Positions 41,386-51,602 of a DNA stretch of 64,000 nucleotides are shown here, piece after piece (position 1 is the stretch's first letter; each line of letters starts with the position of its first letter). The notes beneath the pieces were generated by a model. The model saw only the letters and a program-made list of their open reading frames with translations. It searched no databases and had not been told where the DNA came from. Made by a program: the position numbers and the translations under genes. Origin of the DNA: Alphaproteobacteria bacterium (GTDB lineage: Bacteria; Pseudomonadota; Alphaproteobacteria; GCA-2731375); assembly GCA_965232515.1 (NCBI GenBank), contig CBDDPY010000002.1, forward strand, positions 5,472,001-5,536,000, given 5' to 3'.

Positions 41386-42330
41386 TTATGCCAACGAAAC
41401 GTCAGGCATGGCGGCGGCGGGGATGATGGCGCCGCGGTGACGGATGACCTCGGCCGCCAGGCGATGGCCGGTGCGCGCCGCCGCTTCCGGATCGCCGCCG
41501 GCGAGGCGCGTCGCCAGATAGCCGGCATTGAAGGAATCGCCCGCCGCCGTCGTGTCGACCGGCGTGGCAACGGCGTCCGTTCCCACATCGACCCGCCGGC
41601 CGTCATGCCGGATGGCGCAGGCCTGCGGGCCGTTCTTGACCACAATTTCCGCGACGCCCAGCGCCGCCATGCGGTCGATGCAGGCATCCGCGTCGGCGAC
41701 CCCGAACAATGCCTGCTCATCGTCGAGTGTCGGCAGGGCGATGTCGACGTGCTGCAGCATCTCGTTCATCACCGCCTGCGCCTCGACCGGATCCGGCCAG
41801 CCGCGCGGCCGGTAGTTGCTGTCGAAGGCCACAACGGCGCCGTTGCCGCGCGCCTGCCGTACCAGATCCGTAAGCGCCGCCCGGCCGTCGCCGTCCAGGA
41901 TCGACAGCGTGATGCCCGAGAGATAGAGCATGTCGTGCCCGTCCAGCCGCTCGGCGAGCGCGCCCGCCTCGGCGGACCTGAACAGATCCCGCGCCGCGGC
42001 GGCCGAGCGCCAGTAGTAGAACGAGCGCTCGCCGGCCGTGTCGGTGCGGATGACGTAGAGCCCGGGCAGCCGGCCGGGCAGGCGGGCGACGAGATCGGTG
42101 CCGACGCCTTCCTTGCGCCAGGCGACGACCATCTGATCGCTGTAGGGATCGTCGCCAAGTGCGGTCACATAGTCCACCGCGATACTGGCCTTGGCGCCGA
42201 GCCGGGCCAGGTAAACGCTCGTGTTTAGCGTGTCACCGCCGAAGGCCAGCGTCATGCTGCCGTCGCCCAGGTCGCTCAGCTCGATCATGCACTCGCCGAT
42301 GGCGGCAAATCTTTTTCCGTCCCCTGTCAT
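41386..42330 (-). CDS. kdgK: 2-dehydro-3-deoxygluconokinase (PfkB family)
   Basis: IGECMIEL, GGDTLNTSVYLARL, FDSNYRP and DTTAAGDSFNAG motifs; divergent from eda. Confidence 0.88.
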   Translation of the reverse strand: MTGDGKRFAAIGECMIELSDLGDGSMTLAFGGDTLNTSVYLARLGAKASIAVDYVTALGDDPYSDQMVVAWRKEGVGTDLVARLPGRLPGLYVIRTDTAGERSFYYWRSAAAARDLFRSAEAGALAERLDGHDMLYLSGITLSILDGDGRAALTDLVRQARGNGAVVAFDSNYRPRGWPDPVEAQAVMNEMLQHVDIALPTLDDEQALFGVADADACIDRMAALGVAEIVVKNGPQACAIRHDGRRVDVGTDAVATPVDTTAAGDSFNAGYLATRLAGGDPEAAARTGHRLAAEVIRHRGAIIPAAAMPDVSLA

Positions 42331-42376
42331 GCCGCGACTATAGTGGCGGCGGATCGCAGAGGTAACGGGAAATGCT

Positions 42377-42997
42377 ATGGCCGCGAGCAAGGACATCGCC
42401 GAGATCCTGAAGCTCGGCCGCGTCGTGCCAGTGCTCACCATCGAGCGGGTGGAAGACGCGGTACCGCTGGCCGAAGCGCTCGTAGCGGGCGGCCTGCCGG
42501 CGCTGGAGATCACCTTCCGCACCGACGCGGCGCTCGATGCGGTGCGAGCCGTGGCGAAGGTTCCGGGCGCGGTCCCGGGCGTCGGCACGCTGACCCGGGC
42601 GGACGAATTCGCCGCCGCGGCGGCGGCCGGGGCGCGTTTCGCCGTCAGTCCCGGTTTCCTGCCCGAGCTTGTGGCGGCCGCCGGCGATATGCCCTATCTG
42701 CCGGCCGTTGCCACGGCATCCGAATGCATGGCGGCGCGGGCCGCCGGCTTTTCCCATCTGAAGTTCTTTCCGGCGGGTCCCGCCGGCGGCGTGGCGGCGC
42801 TGAAGGCGCTTGGCGGGCCCTTCGCCGATCTGCGTTTCTGTCCGACCGGCGGCGTCAATGCCGACAACGCGGGCGACTATCTGGCGCTTGCCAACGTGGT
42901 CTGCGTCGGCGGTTCCTGGGTGGCGCCGCGTGACGCGGTCGCCGCCGGCGACTGGGCGCGTATCGAACAGCTTGCCCGCGCCGCCAGCGGCTTGTGA
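42377..42997 (+). CDS. eda: KDPG/KHG aldolase
   Basis: LEITFRT, GVGT, FAVSPG, LKFFPA, FCPTGGV and VGGSW motifs. Confidence 0.93.
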   Translation: MAASKDIAEILKLGRVVPVLTIERVEDAVPLAEALVAGGLPALEITFRTDAALDAVRAVAKVPGAVPGVGTLTRADEFAAAAAAGARFAVSPGFLPELVAAAGDMPYLPAVATASECMAARAAGFSHLKFFPAGPAGGVAALKALGGPFADLRFCPTGGVNADNAGDYLALANVVCVGGSWVAPRDAVAAGDWARIEQLARAASGL

Positions 42998-43014
42998 GGT
43001 TTTAGATCGGGACG

Positions 43015-43473
43015 TCAGGCCGTCGCGGTCTGCGGCGTCGGACGCCCGAACACGTACTTTATACTGCCGATCAGCGGCACGGCGATCAGCGCGATCAGCG
43101 GCAGGTTGGCGATCACCAGCACCGGCGCGCCGAACGACAGCGCCACCCAGGTATCGATCACGAACCAGACGTCGACGCTGATGACGATCGCCCACCAGGC
43201 CCACGCCTCGCGGTTGCCGAAGGGCTTCCAGGCAACGAAGAAGAGCAGCAGACCCCAGCCCACGGTCATGGCCCCGATCAGGCCGTAGATGAAGGTCTGA
43301 TAGGCCAGCATTTCGGCCGGCGGCTGCGCCGTGCCGAAGAAGCTGGCGTTGATCGGGTCGTTGATCGGCGCGAACAGCCCCGAGGTGCCGAAGAACAGCA
43401 TGGCGAGCCCGTACAGGATCACCACGTCGGCCATCAGCATCATCATGCGGTGCCATATTTTGAACATGTCCAT
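43015..43473 (-). CDS. Small 4-TM membrane protein of unknown function
   Basis: Hydrophobic segments; WFVIDT; GGAGG RBS; divergent from the XRE regulator. Confidence 0.7.
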   Translation of the reverse strand: MDMFKIWHRMMMLMADVVILYGLAMLFFGTSGLFAPINDPINASFFGTAQPPAEMLAYQTFIYGLIGAMTVGWGLLLFFVAWKPFGNREAWAWWAIVISVDVWFVIDTWVALSFGAPVLVIANLPLIALIAVPLIGSIKYVFGRPTPQTATA

Positions 43474-43530
43474 GTCCTCCAATCGGTCCAAGGATGCCGT
43501 CACCATCGCGCCGCCGAGGTGGGCGTCTCA

Positions 43531-43547
43531 ATTACGTCGGAGGTAAT
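43531..43547. promoter_or_regulatory. Palindromic operator candidate for the adjacent XRE regulator
   Basis: ATTAC-GTCGGAG-GTAAT, an AT-rich palindrome in the divergent intergenic region. Confidence 0.5.
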
Positions 43548-43604
43548 GTTGCCGCGTTGCCGACTGGCCTAATCTGTCCGAGCTTGGGCAAGGAGTTGTC
43601 GGTC

Positions 43605-44411
43605 ATGAAGCACATCCACCCCCTCGGACGGCTGCTGAAGCATTGGCGCACCGTCCGGCATATGAGTCAGCTCGATCTGGCGCTGCACGCGAATGTCTCG
43701 GCCCGCCATGTCAGTTTCATCGAAACAGGGCGCTCGCGGCCGAGCCGCGAGATGGTGCTGCAGCTCGCGGGCGCGCTGGAGCTGCCATTGCGCGAGAGCA
43801 ACGTGCTGCTGGAGGCGGCCGGGTTCGCCCAGGTCTACCGCCAGACCGACCTCGAAGACCCCGCGCTGGCCCAGGCGCGCCAGGCGCTCGACTTCATCCT
43901 GAAGGCGCACGAGCCCTATCCGGCCCTGGTGCTCGATCGCTACTGGAACATCGTCATGAGCAATCCGCCGTCGATGCGCGTCCTCGGCCATTTCATGGCC
44001 GATCCCGCCGCGATCACCCAGCCGCCGAACGCCGTGCGGCTGACCTTCGATCCGAACGGCTTGCGGCCCTTCATCGTCGACTGGGAGCCGGCGGCCGCTT
44101 TCGTCATCGACCGCGTGCACCGTGACGCGCTGGGCGGCGCCCCGGATGAGGGCACCATGGCCCTGCTGGACGAGGTGCTGAGCTATCCCGGTGTGCCGGC
44201 GGAATGGGCGCTGCCCAACCTCGACCAGCCGCCGGCGCCGCTGCTGCCGGTCTCGTTCGAGCGCGACAGCGTACGCGTCGACCTCTTCACCATGATGACC
44301 ACCTTCGGCACGCCCCAGGACGTCACCCTACAGGAGCTCCGCATCGAAAGCTTCTACCCGGCGAACCCGGAAAGCGAAGCGGCGCTGGCACGGATTTCTG
44401 GGGATGCCTGA
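43605..44411 (+). CDS. XRE-family HTH regulator with MmyB-like ligand-binding domain
   Basis: SQLDLAL..SARHVSFIETGRSRPS, HEPYPAL and TFGTPQDVTLQELRIE motifs; AAGGAG RBS. Confidence 0.9.
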   Translation: MKHIHPLGRLLKHWRTVRHMSQLDLALHANVSARHVSFIETGRSRPSREMVLQLAGALELPLRESNVLLEAAGFAQVYRQTDLEDPALAQARQALDFILKAHEPYPALVLDRYWNIVMSNPPSMRVLGHFMADPAAITQPPNAVRLTFDPNGLRPFIVDWEPAAAFVIDRVHRDALGGAPDEGTMALLDEVLSYPGVPAEWALPNLDQPPAPLLPVSFERDSVRVDLFTMMTTFGTPQDVTLQELRIESFYPANPESEAALARISGDA

Positions 44412-44456
44412 AGTCGTTGGCCGGATTCCAAATTGCACGCTCGCGAACTCGGATCG

Positions 44457-44562
44457 CATCCTTCGAGACGGGCCTTTGGCCCTCCTCAGGATGAGGTTCT
44501 TGTTTGATATCAGTCCCTTGCCTCATCCTGAGGAGGCCCCGAAGGGGCCGTCTCGAAGGATG
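44457..44562. repeat. CCTC-tagged REP doublet (second family)
   Basis: CATCCTTCGAGACGGGCCTTTGGCCCTCCTCAGGATGAGG, a 24-bp spacer, then CCTCATCCTGAGGAGGCCCCGAAGGGGCCGTCTCGAAGGATG. Confidence 0.85.
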
Positions 44563-44594
44563 GGCCATCAGGTCGAGGCCGACGCCGCACGGCG

Positions 44595-45728
44595 TTAAAT
44601 TGCGTCGGCCAACCGCTCGAAATCCGACATCTCGTTGTAGACCTGCGCCGACAGCCGGGCCCAAAGGCGGCCTTGCCAGGGCAGCACCGGCACTTCGATA
44701 TCGTGCTCGAACAGCAACTTGTCCCGCAACGCCTGTGCTGTTTCCTTGTCCGCCGTGAACCGGTCTGGCAGGGCGGCGAGCGCCATCGACCCTGTCATAT
44801 CAGCCGGCGCCCCGACCGGCCCGTCCCAGCGTTGCCGCAGCATCTCGACCGCCTGGCGGACGAGGTCATGCCGATAGGCGGCGGCCGCCTCGATGCCCAG
44901 GTCCTCGAGAAACGCGATGCCGGCGGGCGCGGCGAGATAGGCCGAGGGGTCGCGGGTGCCCGTCCAGTCGAACTCTGCCGTATAGCTCTCGTCCAGCCCC
45001 CAGGAGATTACCGGCGGATGCAGACCGTCCTGGCCGTCGGCCGCGCTCCACATCACACCGCAGCCGCGCGGCGCGAAGGCCCATTTATGCAGGTTGCCGA
45101 CATACCAGTCGACGCCCAGCGCCGGTACGTCGACGTCGATCTGCCCCGGCGCGTGCGCGCCGTCGACAAGCACCTTGGCGCCGCGCTCATGGCACAGCGC
45201 CGCGATCTCCGCCACCGGCATCACCAGCCCCGTTTCCGAGACGATGTGGTCGATCAGCACCAGCCGCGTCTCCGGCGTCAGCGCCGCGCCGATCGCGGCG
45301 ACGGCCGCATCCGGCCCGTTGATCGGGAACGGGATCTCGGCCTCGTCCAGCCGCGCGCCCATCTGGCGGCACGCGTATCTGGCGGCGTTCTTCACCCCGC
45401 CATAGGTCTGGTTGTTGATCAGCACCGCGTCGTCCGGCGTCAGCGGAACTGAGCGCAGCACGGCGTTGACGCCCGTGGTGGCGTTGTCGACGAACACCCA
45501 GTCCTCGCCCGCGCCGCCAAGGAATGCCGCGACGGCGCCGGCCGCCTCGCGCAGCGCCGGCTTCAGCTCGCGCAGCATGAACTTCGCCGGTTGCCGCTCG
45601 ATGCGGGCGCGGATCTCGGCCTGAGCCTGCAGCACCGCCGTCGGCGTCACGCCGACCGTGCCGTGATTCAGATAGGCGACCGCTGGATCGAGCGGCCAGG
45701 CGTCGCGGATCGCGTGTCCGAACGGCAT
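44595..45728 (-). CDS. Class V PLP enzyme (isopenicillin N epimerase/C-S lyase-like)
   Basis: YLNHGTVG, NATTGVN, VDGAHAPG, GNLHKW and WTGTRDP motifs. Confidence 0.88.
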   Translation of the reverse strand: MPFGHAIRDAWPLDPAVAYLNHGTVGVTPTAVLQAQAEIRARIERQPAKFMLRELKPALREAAGAVAAFLGGAGEDWVFVDNATTGVNAVLRSVPLTPDDAVLINNQTYGGVKNAARYACRQMGARLDEAEIPFPINGPDAAVAAIGAALTPETRLVLIDHIVSETGLVMPVAEIAALCHERGAKVLVDGAHAPGQIDVDVPALGVDWYVGNLHKWAFAPRGCGVMWSAADGQDGLHPPVISWGLDESYTAEFDWTGTRDPSAYLAAPAGIAFLEDLGIEAAAAYRHDLVRQAVEMLRQRWDGPVGAPADMTGSMALAALPDRFTADKETAQALRDKLLFEHDIEVPVLPWQGRLWARLSAQVYNEMSDFERLADAI

Positions 45729-45733
45729 CCCGG

Positions 45734-46795
45734 CTATTGCGGCGCCGGTGCCGCGACCGCCGACTGGTCGAGCATCAGGCGCTTCAGATAGGCGAGATTG
45801 GCCATGTTCACGGACGGCCGGTTCGAGAACCGGGTCGGCGGCACGACCATGCGGCCGGCCGCGTCATAGATCGTGCGGATGCCCCAGATACCCCACAGCG
45901 TCGTGCCGGTCGCGCCGTAACGCAGGTCCGTCGCCTCGACCACGACACGGTTCCCGTCGCGGTAGCTGCGATAGAACGTCTTGCCCATGGCGAACCAATC
46001 CAGCAGGTCGGCCTCCCAACGCGCGCGGAAATCGGCGACCTGCGCATCGGTTGGCGGTTCCGCCTTGAACCACCGGATCGGACCAGGGTCCAGCATGGTG
46101 ATGAAGCCGACCCGCACCTCGTCCGGCCGGTAGACGATGATGCGGCGCAGGAAGGACTGGAAGATCGTCGGATAGGCGTGAACCTGGGCGTCCGCGACGC
46201 CTTCCGCCGCTAGTTGCCGGCGGGCCTCGTCCGCGGCCTGGCCGTTCAGCCACCAGGTATAGAGCAGGAAGCCGTTCGAAAAGATCAACGCCGCCATGGC
46301 CGTCCGGCGCGCCAGCCGCCATCGGCTGCCCGACCACCAGCCGACCAGCACCGCCAGCACGATCGGCACGGTATAGACCGGGTCGATGACCGGGATGGCG
46401 TCGATGGCGAAGCGCTGGTCGCTGAACGGCGCCAGCAGTTGCGTGCCATAGGCGGTGGACGCGTCCAGCAGCGAATGCGTCAGCAGCGCCAGCGTGCAGA
46501 GCCAGAGCCAGTCGGCGAACCGTCCCGGATCGGGCCCGCCGCGCCGCGCCCGCCACTGCGCCACCTGCCAGGCGAGCCAGCCCGTCGCCGGTCCGGCCAG
46601 CGGCACGATCAGCAGCGAGTGCGTGATGCCGCGGTGGTAGATCCAGCCCGACCACTGGTCGAACTTCACCACCACGTCCAGGTCGGGCCAGGCCGCGGCC
46701 ATGGCGCCGACGACGACGGCGCTGCGGCCGAGGCGCCGGTGGAACAGCGCCTGGCCGACGCCGGCGCCCAGAACGGCCTGAGTCAGTGGATCCAT
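45734..46795 (-). CDS. Membrane-bound metal-dependent hydrolase (YdjM-like)
   Basis: MDPLTQ, PDLD, HRGITHSL, HSLLD..TAYGT and IDP motifs. Confidence 0.85.
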   Translation of the reverse strand: MDPLTQAVLGAGVGQALFHRRLGRSAVVVGAMAAAWPDLDVVVKFDQWSGWIYHRGITHSLLIVPLAGPATGWLAWQVAQWRARRGGPDPGRFADWLWLCTLALLTHSLLDASTAYGTQLLAPFSDQRFAIDAIPVIDPVYTVPIVLAVLVGWWSGSRWRLARRTAMAALIFSNGFLLYTWWLNGQAADEARRQLAAEGVADAQVHAYPTIFQSFLRRIIVYRPDEVRVGFITMLDPGPIRWFKAEPPTDAQVADFRARWEADLLDWFAMGKTFYRSYRDGNRVVVEATDLRYGATGTTLWGIWGIRTIYDAAGRMVVPPTRFSNRPSVNMANLAYLKRLMLDQSAVAAPAPQ

Positions 46796-46872
46796 ACGCG
46801 TAATCCAAATCCCACGGTCTTATATGGCACGGGCATGGTATATGCCGGAACCGCGAAGAGGAGGGGAAATTA

Positions 46873-47271
46873 ATGGCCGCAGCGCATCCGCCGATCGACC
46901 AGCAAGTAACATGGGTCTATACCGCCGATCTTCCAGGAACCGCGCCGTTCTATGCCGACATCCTGGGGCTGGAACTCGTGCTCGACCAGGGCCAGTGCCG
47001 GATTTTCCGGGCCGGTGCCGACAGTTTCATCGGCGTTTGCCACGCGCGTCCCGGCCGTCATGTCGAGCCCAAGGGCGTGGTCTTCACCTTCGTCACGCCG
47101 GATGTCGACGGCTGGCATGCCCGGCTGAAGGCCCACGGCGTCGCCTCGCTGGAAGAACCGCAGCGCAGCGAGGCCTTCAACGTCTATGCCTTCTTTGTGC
47201 GCGACCCCAACGGCTATCTCCTGGAATTCCAGCAATTCCTCGACCCCGCCTGGCCAGCGCCGAAGTCCTAG
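46873..47271 (+). CDS. VOC/glyoxalase family protein
   Basis: FYADILGL and FFVRDPNGYLLEFQ motifs; GAGGAGGGG RBS. Confidence 0.88.
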   Translation: MAAAHPPIDQQVTWVYTADLPGTAPFYADILGLELVLDQGQCRIFRAGADSFIGVCHARPGRHVEPKGVVFTFVTPDVDGWHARLKAHGVASLEEPQRSEAFNVYAFFVRDPNGYLLEFQQFLDPAWPAPKS

Positions 47272-47279
47272 AGGTCGAC

Positions 47280-47369
47280 TGGATTGCCGGGTCGAGCCCG
47301 GCAATGACGGTTTTTGCTGATGTCGACATCCTACACATTCGTCATGCCCGGACTTGATCCGGGCATCCA
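47280..47369. repeat. CGTC-tagged REP doublet
   Basis: TGGATTGCCGGGTCGAGCCCGGCAATGACG, a 30-bp spacer, then CGTCATGCCCGGACTTGATCCGGGCATCCA. Confidence 0.85.
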
Positions 47370-47379
47370 GGGGCACCTG

Positions 47380-48528
47380 CTAAAGCGCCGCTTCGAGACG
47401 GTCGAGGGCGGTGGACAGGTTTTGTTCGGAATTGGCGAAGCAGAGGCGCAGATAGCCCGCGTTGTCCGGCCCGAACGCCGAGCCCGGCGCCAGGCCGACC
47501 CGGGCGTTGCGGATCAGGTCCTGGGCGAAGGCGAGATCGTCCTCGATGCCGTCGACGCCGAAAAACGCATAGAACGCCGCCTGCGGCCGGGTGATCCGCA
47601 CCCGGTCCATGCCCGACAGCCGCTGGAAGACGATTTCCCGGCCCCGACGGCAGCGCTCGACCATTTCCTGCACGAATTCCTCGCCCTGCTGAATGGCGGC
47701 GACGCCGGCATGCTGCACGAAGCTGGTCGAGCCGGTGTTGTTGATGCCCGACAGGTCGCCCATGCGGTCGCCGAGCTCGGCCGGATGGATCAGCCAGCCG
47801 CAGCGCCAGCCGGTCATGGCCCAGGACTTCGAGAAGCTGTGCACGGCGAAGATGGGATCGTCCGGCTTGGAAATCTGCAGGAACGACGGCGCCACCGGCC
47901 GGTCGTAGACGATGCGGTGATAAACCTCGTCGGCGATGATCCAGATGCCGCGCTTGCGGCAGAATTCCAGCACCGCCTCCTGTTCGTCGCGCTCCATCAG
48001 CCAGCCGGTCGGATTGCTGGGCGAGGCGATGAACAGTGCCTTGGTGCGCTCGTCGCAGGCCGCGAACAACTTGTCGAGATCGAGCTTCCAGCCGGTCTCG
48101 GTATCGTCCAGCCGCACGTGTCGGCATTCGCCGCCCATGGTCTCGACAGCGTAAAAGATGTTCGGCCAGATCGGCGAGATCATGACCACGTTGTCGCCGT
48201 TGTCGACCAGGCATTCGACCGCGATCATGATCGCCGTCATGCCCGAGCCCATGGCCGTGACCCGCTCGAATTCCAGCTCGATGTCGTATTGTGCCTCCAT
48301 GTATTTCTGGATGGCGGTGCGGATTTCGGGAATCCCACGTTTGTTGACGTATTTCGTATGACCGGCGCGGATCGCGGCGATCGCGGCCTCGCTGACGAAA
48401 TCGGGCGTCGCCAGATCGGACTCGCCGAACCACAGCGGGATGATGTCGGGATCGCCGATCGCCAGCTTGGCGACCTCGCCGATGCGCTGGTTCTCCATGT
48501 CGGCGACGGCGGGACGGATACGCGGCAT
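47380..48528 (-). CDS. Class I/II PLP-dependent aminotransferase
   Basis: WFGESD, SPSNPTGW, ADEVY and SFSKSWAMTGWRCGW motifs. Confidence 0.92.
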   Translation of the reverse strand: MPRIRPAVADMENQRIGEVAKLAIGDPDIIPLWFGESDLATPDFVSEAAIAAIRAGHTKYVNKRGIPEIRTAIQKYMEAQYDIELEFERVTAMGSGMTAIMIAVECLVDNGDNVVMISPIWPNIFYAVETMGGECRHVRLDDTETGWKLDLDKLFAACDERTKALFIASPSNPTGWLMERDEQEAVLEFCRKRGIWIIADEVYHRIVYDRPVAPSFLQISKPDDPIFAVHSFSKSWAMTGWRCGWLIHPAELGDRMGDLSGINNTGSTSFVQHAGVAAIQQGEEFVQEMVERCRRGREIVFQRLSGMDRVRITRPQAAFYAFFGVDGIEDDLAFAQDLIRNARVGLAPGSAFGPDNAGYLRLCFANSEQNLSTALDRLEAAL

Positions 48529-48638
48529 ATCTGGTCTCACTCGGCAGCGAAAATTCGTTTGAACGCGGTAACTTGCGATGATGGGCGGGCGGGCGCAATC
48601 AATGAATTGTCGCAATTGTCCCCGTTGTCGAGAGTCGC

Positions 48639-49274
48639 GTGATGGTTAACGCACCCGCCGATAAACGTTTCGAAGCCCCGTTCGAGCCGCTTTCCGCCGA
48701 AGCGCGGGCCGCGTCGCTGCGCGATACCTTGGCTGCGCGGCCCGAAAGCGGCGATGTCTGGCTGTTCGGCTATGGCGGCCTGATGTGGGACCCGCGTATC
48801 AACCACGTGGAAGCCAGGCCGGCCCGCATCGCCGGCTGGCACCGTAGCTTTTGCATCTGGACGCTGCTTGCCCGCGGCACCCCTGAACGGCCGGGGCTCG
48901 CATTGGCCCTGGACCGGGGCGGCGCCTGCGACGGCATGGCGTTTCGCATTGCAGAAGCCGATACGGACGACGCGCTGCGCCAGGTTTGGGATCGCGAGAT
49001 GTACACGGGCATCTACCGGCCGCGCTGGCTGCCGGCCACTGTCGACGGCGTTGAGGTCGACGCCATCGCCTTCACTGTCGAGCACACGCATCCCCAATAT
49101 GCCGGCGCCCTGTCCCCTGACACGGCTGCCCGCTACATCGCCCGCGCCCACGGCGAGAACGGCGCTTGCCGCGACTATCTCGCCAACACCGTGCGGCACC
49201 TGGCCGCGCTCGGCATCGACGAGCCGGACCTGCGGGATCTGTTGCGACGGGTTGACGAGATTGCAACCGGTTGA
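48639..49274 (+). CDS. chaC: ChaC-family gamma-glutamylcyclotransferase
   Basis: WLFGYGGLMW, RGTPERPGLALAL, DREM and DYLANT motifs. Confidence 0.85.
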   Translation: MMVNAPADKRFEAPFEPLSAEARAASLRDTLAARPESGDVWLFGYGGLMWDPRINHVEARPARIAGWHRSFCIWTLLARGTPERPGLALALDRGGACDGMAFRIAEADTDDALRQVWDREMYTGIYRPRWLPATVDGVEVDAIAFTVEHTHPQYAGALSPDTAARYIARAHGENGACRDYLANTVRHLAALGIDEPDLRDLLRRVDEIATG

Positions 49275-49322
49275 GGCCTGGGCGAGACTGCCGGCCGTGC
49301 TTTATCCATCAGATCAGTTCCC

Positions 49323-51584
49323 ATGACCGGCGGCGGGGGCAGGCTGGAGGACCGGCGGTTCCTCACCGGCGCCGGCCGCTATACCGACGACATCGCCGTC
49401 GACGGCGCGGCGCATGGCTGCGTGCTGCGCTCGCCCCACGCCCACGGCCGCATCCTGAGCATCGACGCATCGGCGGCGCGGGCCGCGCCCGGCGTGCTTG
49501 CCGTACTGACGGCGGAAGAGCTGCGCGCCGACGGCCTCGGCCCGATCCATTCGCCCATCGACATCACCAACAGCGACGGCAGTGCCTATGCCAATCCCGG
49601 CCGGCCGATTCTCTGCGCCGACCGCGTGCGCTTCGTCGGCGACGCCGTGGCGTTCGTCGTCGCCGAAACGGCGCTGCAGGCCCAGGACGCGGTCGAGCTG
49701 ATCGACGTCGACATCGAGCCGCTGCCGCACGCCGTCGACCCGGTTGCCGCCATGGCCGCCGATGCGACGCCGCTCTATGACGGCGTTGAGGCGAACCGCT
49801 GCTTCGACTGGACCATCGGCGACGCGGCGGCCACCGACCGTACCTTCGCCGATGCCGCCCACGTCGTCCGCCTGGACCTGGTCAACAACCGTCTGTCGCC
49901 GAACAGCCTGGAGCCGCGCGTCGCCATCGGCAGCTACGATTCCACCGACGGCCGCTACACGCTCCGCACGCCGTGCCAGGGCGTGCACATGGTGCGGGCG
50001 CCGCTGGCCGAGCAGGTCCTGCGCATCCCGCCGGACCGCCTGCGCGTGCTGACATCCGACGTCGGCGGCGGCTTCGGCATGAAGCTGTTTCCCTATCCCG
50101 AGCACGCGCTGGTGCTCTGGGCGGCGCGCCGGCTCGGCCGGCCCGTGCGCTGGTGTTCCGATCGCGCCGAGGCTTTCCTCGGCGACGCCCATTGCCGCGA
50201 CCATGTCACGCAGGCCGAGCTGGCCCTTGGCGCCGACGGCCGTTTCCTCGGTCTGCGCGTCCATACGCTCGCCAATCTGGGCGCGGCGCTCTCCTATTTC
50301 GGGCCGTCGATCCCAACCCGGGGCTACTCGAAGGTCATGGCCAGCATCTACCGCTGGACCGCCATGCATCTTTCGGTCGAAGGCGTGTTCACCAACACCG
50401 CCCCGGTCGACGCCTATCGCGGCGCCGGCAAGCCGGAAGCGATCTATGTTGTCGAGCGGCTGATCGATGCCGCCGCTTTCGATCTGGGCCTCGATCCGGC
50501 TGAGCTGCGCCGCCGCAACATGCTGCGCCCCGCCGATCTGCCACACACCACGCCATTCGGCTTCAGCATCGACAGTGGCGATTTCCCCGGGCTGCTCGAC
50601 GCCGCGCTTAAGCGTGTCGACCGCGCCGGCTTCGCCGCCCGCCGAGAGGCTTCGGCGGCCCGCGGCCGCCGCCGCGGCTTTGGCCTGGCCTTCTACGTGC
50701 ACGCCACCGGCGGCAACGCCGGCGAGACCTCGCGGATCGAGATCGGCGCCGCCGGCGTCGTCCGCGCCTTCACCGGCACCCAGTCCGGCGGCCAGGGGCA
50801 CGAGACGGTCTTCGCCGAGCTCATCGCCGAGCGCCTCGGCGTGCCGGTCTCGGCCGTCGAGGTAAGCCAGGGCGACAGCGATGCGCTGCCGCGCGGCGGC
50901 GGCACCGGTGGCTCGTCGTCCGCGATCATTAGCGGCAATACGCTGCTGCTGGCTGGCGACGCCGCCATCGCGGTCGGCCGCGATCAGGCGGCCGAACAGC
51001 TCGAGGTCGCGGCCGAGGACCTGGAATTCGCCGACGGCGCCTACCACGTCGCCGGCACCGACCGCCGGATCGAGTTGCTCGCCGTGGCCAAGGCGGCGCC
51101 GATCCGCGGCGAAGCGGACTTCGCCACCGACAACGAGAGCTACCCCAACGGCTGCCAGATCTGCGAGGTCGAGATCGATCCCGAGACCGGGCATGTCGAG
51201 ATCATGCGCTATACCTCGCTGGACGATATCGGCCGCATGCTGCGGCCGGCGCTGGTCGCGGGCCAGCTACAGGGCGGCATCGTCCAAGGCATCGGTCAGG
51301 CGCTCATGGAGCAGGCGGTCTACGATCCCGAGTCGGGCCAGTTGCTGACCGGCTCGTTCATGGACTATTGCCTCGCGCGAGCCGACGACCTGCCGGCCTT
51401 CGACAGCGATTTCCTGCCCGTCGCGACGCAACGCAACCCGCTCGGTCTCAAGGGCGTCGGCGAATGCGGCACCATCGGCGCGCCGCCGGCCGTGATCGGC
51501 GCCGTCGCCGACGCGCTGGGCCTGCGCCATATCGACATGCCGGCGACACCGGAGCGCGTCTGGCGCGCGCTTCGGCATCGCTGA
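49323..51584 (+). CDS. Xanthine dehydrogenase-family molybdopterin-binding large subunit (CoxL-like)
   Basis: [42 protein letters not shown] and KGVGE motifs. Confidence 0.9.
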   Translation: MTGGGGRLEDRRFLTGAGRYTDDIAVDGAAHGCVLRSPHAHGRILSIDASAARAAPGVLAVLTAEELRADGLGPIHSPIDITNSDGSAYANPGRPILCADRVRFVGDAVAFVVAETALQAQDAVELIDVDIEPLPHAVDPVAAMAADATPLYDGVEANRCFDWTIGDAAATDRTFADAAHVVRLDLVNNRLSPNSLEPRVAIGSYDSTDGRYTLRTPCQGVHMVRAPLAEQVLRIPPDRLRVLTSDVGGGFGMKLFPYPEHALVLWAARRLGRPVRWCSDRAEAFLGDAHCRDHVTQAELALGADGRFLGLRVHTLANLGAALSYFGPSIPTRGYSKVMASIYRWTAMHLSVEGVFTNTAPVDAYRGAGKPEAIYVVERLIDAAAFDLGLDPAELRRRNMLRPADLPHTTPFGFSIDSGDFPGLLDAALKRVDRAGFAARREASAARGRRRGFGLAFYVHATGGNAGETSRIEIGAAGVVRAFTGTQSGGQGHETVFAELIAERLGVPVSAVEVSQGDSDALPRGGGTGGSSSAIISGNTLLLAGDAAIAVGRDQAAEQLEVAAEDLEFADGAYHVAGTDRRIELLAVAKAAPIRGEADFATDNESYPNGCQICEVEIDPETGHVEIMRYTSLDDIGRMLRPALVAGQLQGGIVQGIGQALMEQAVYDPESGQLLTGSFMDYCLARADDLPAFDSDFLPVATQRNPLGLKGVGECGTIGAPPAVIGAVADALGLRHIDMPATPERVWRALRHR

Positions 51585-51602
51585 CGCTCCCGCGCCGACG
51601 GC

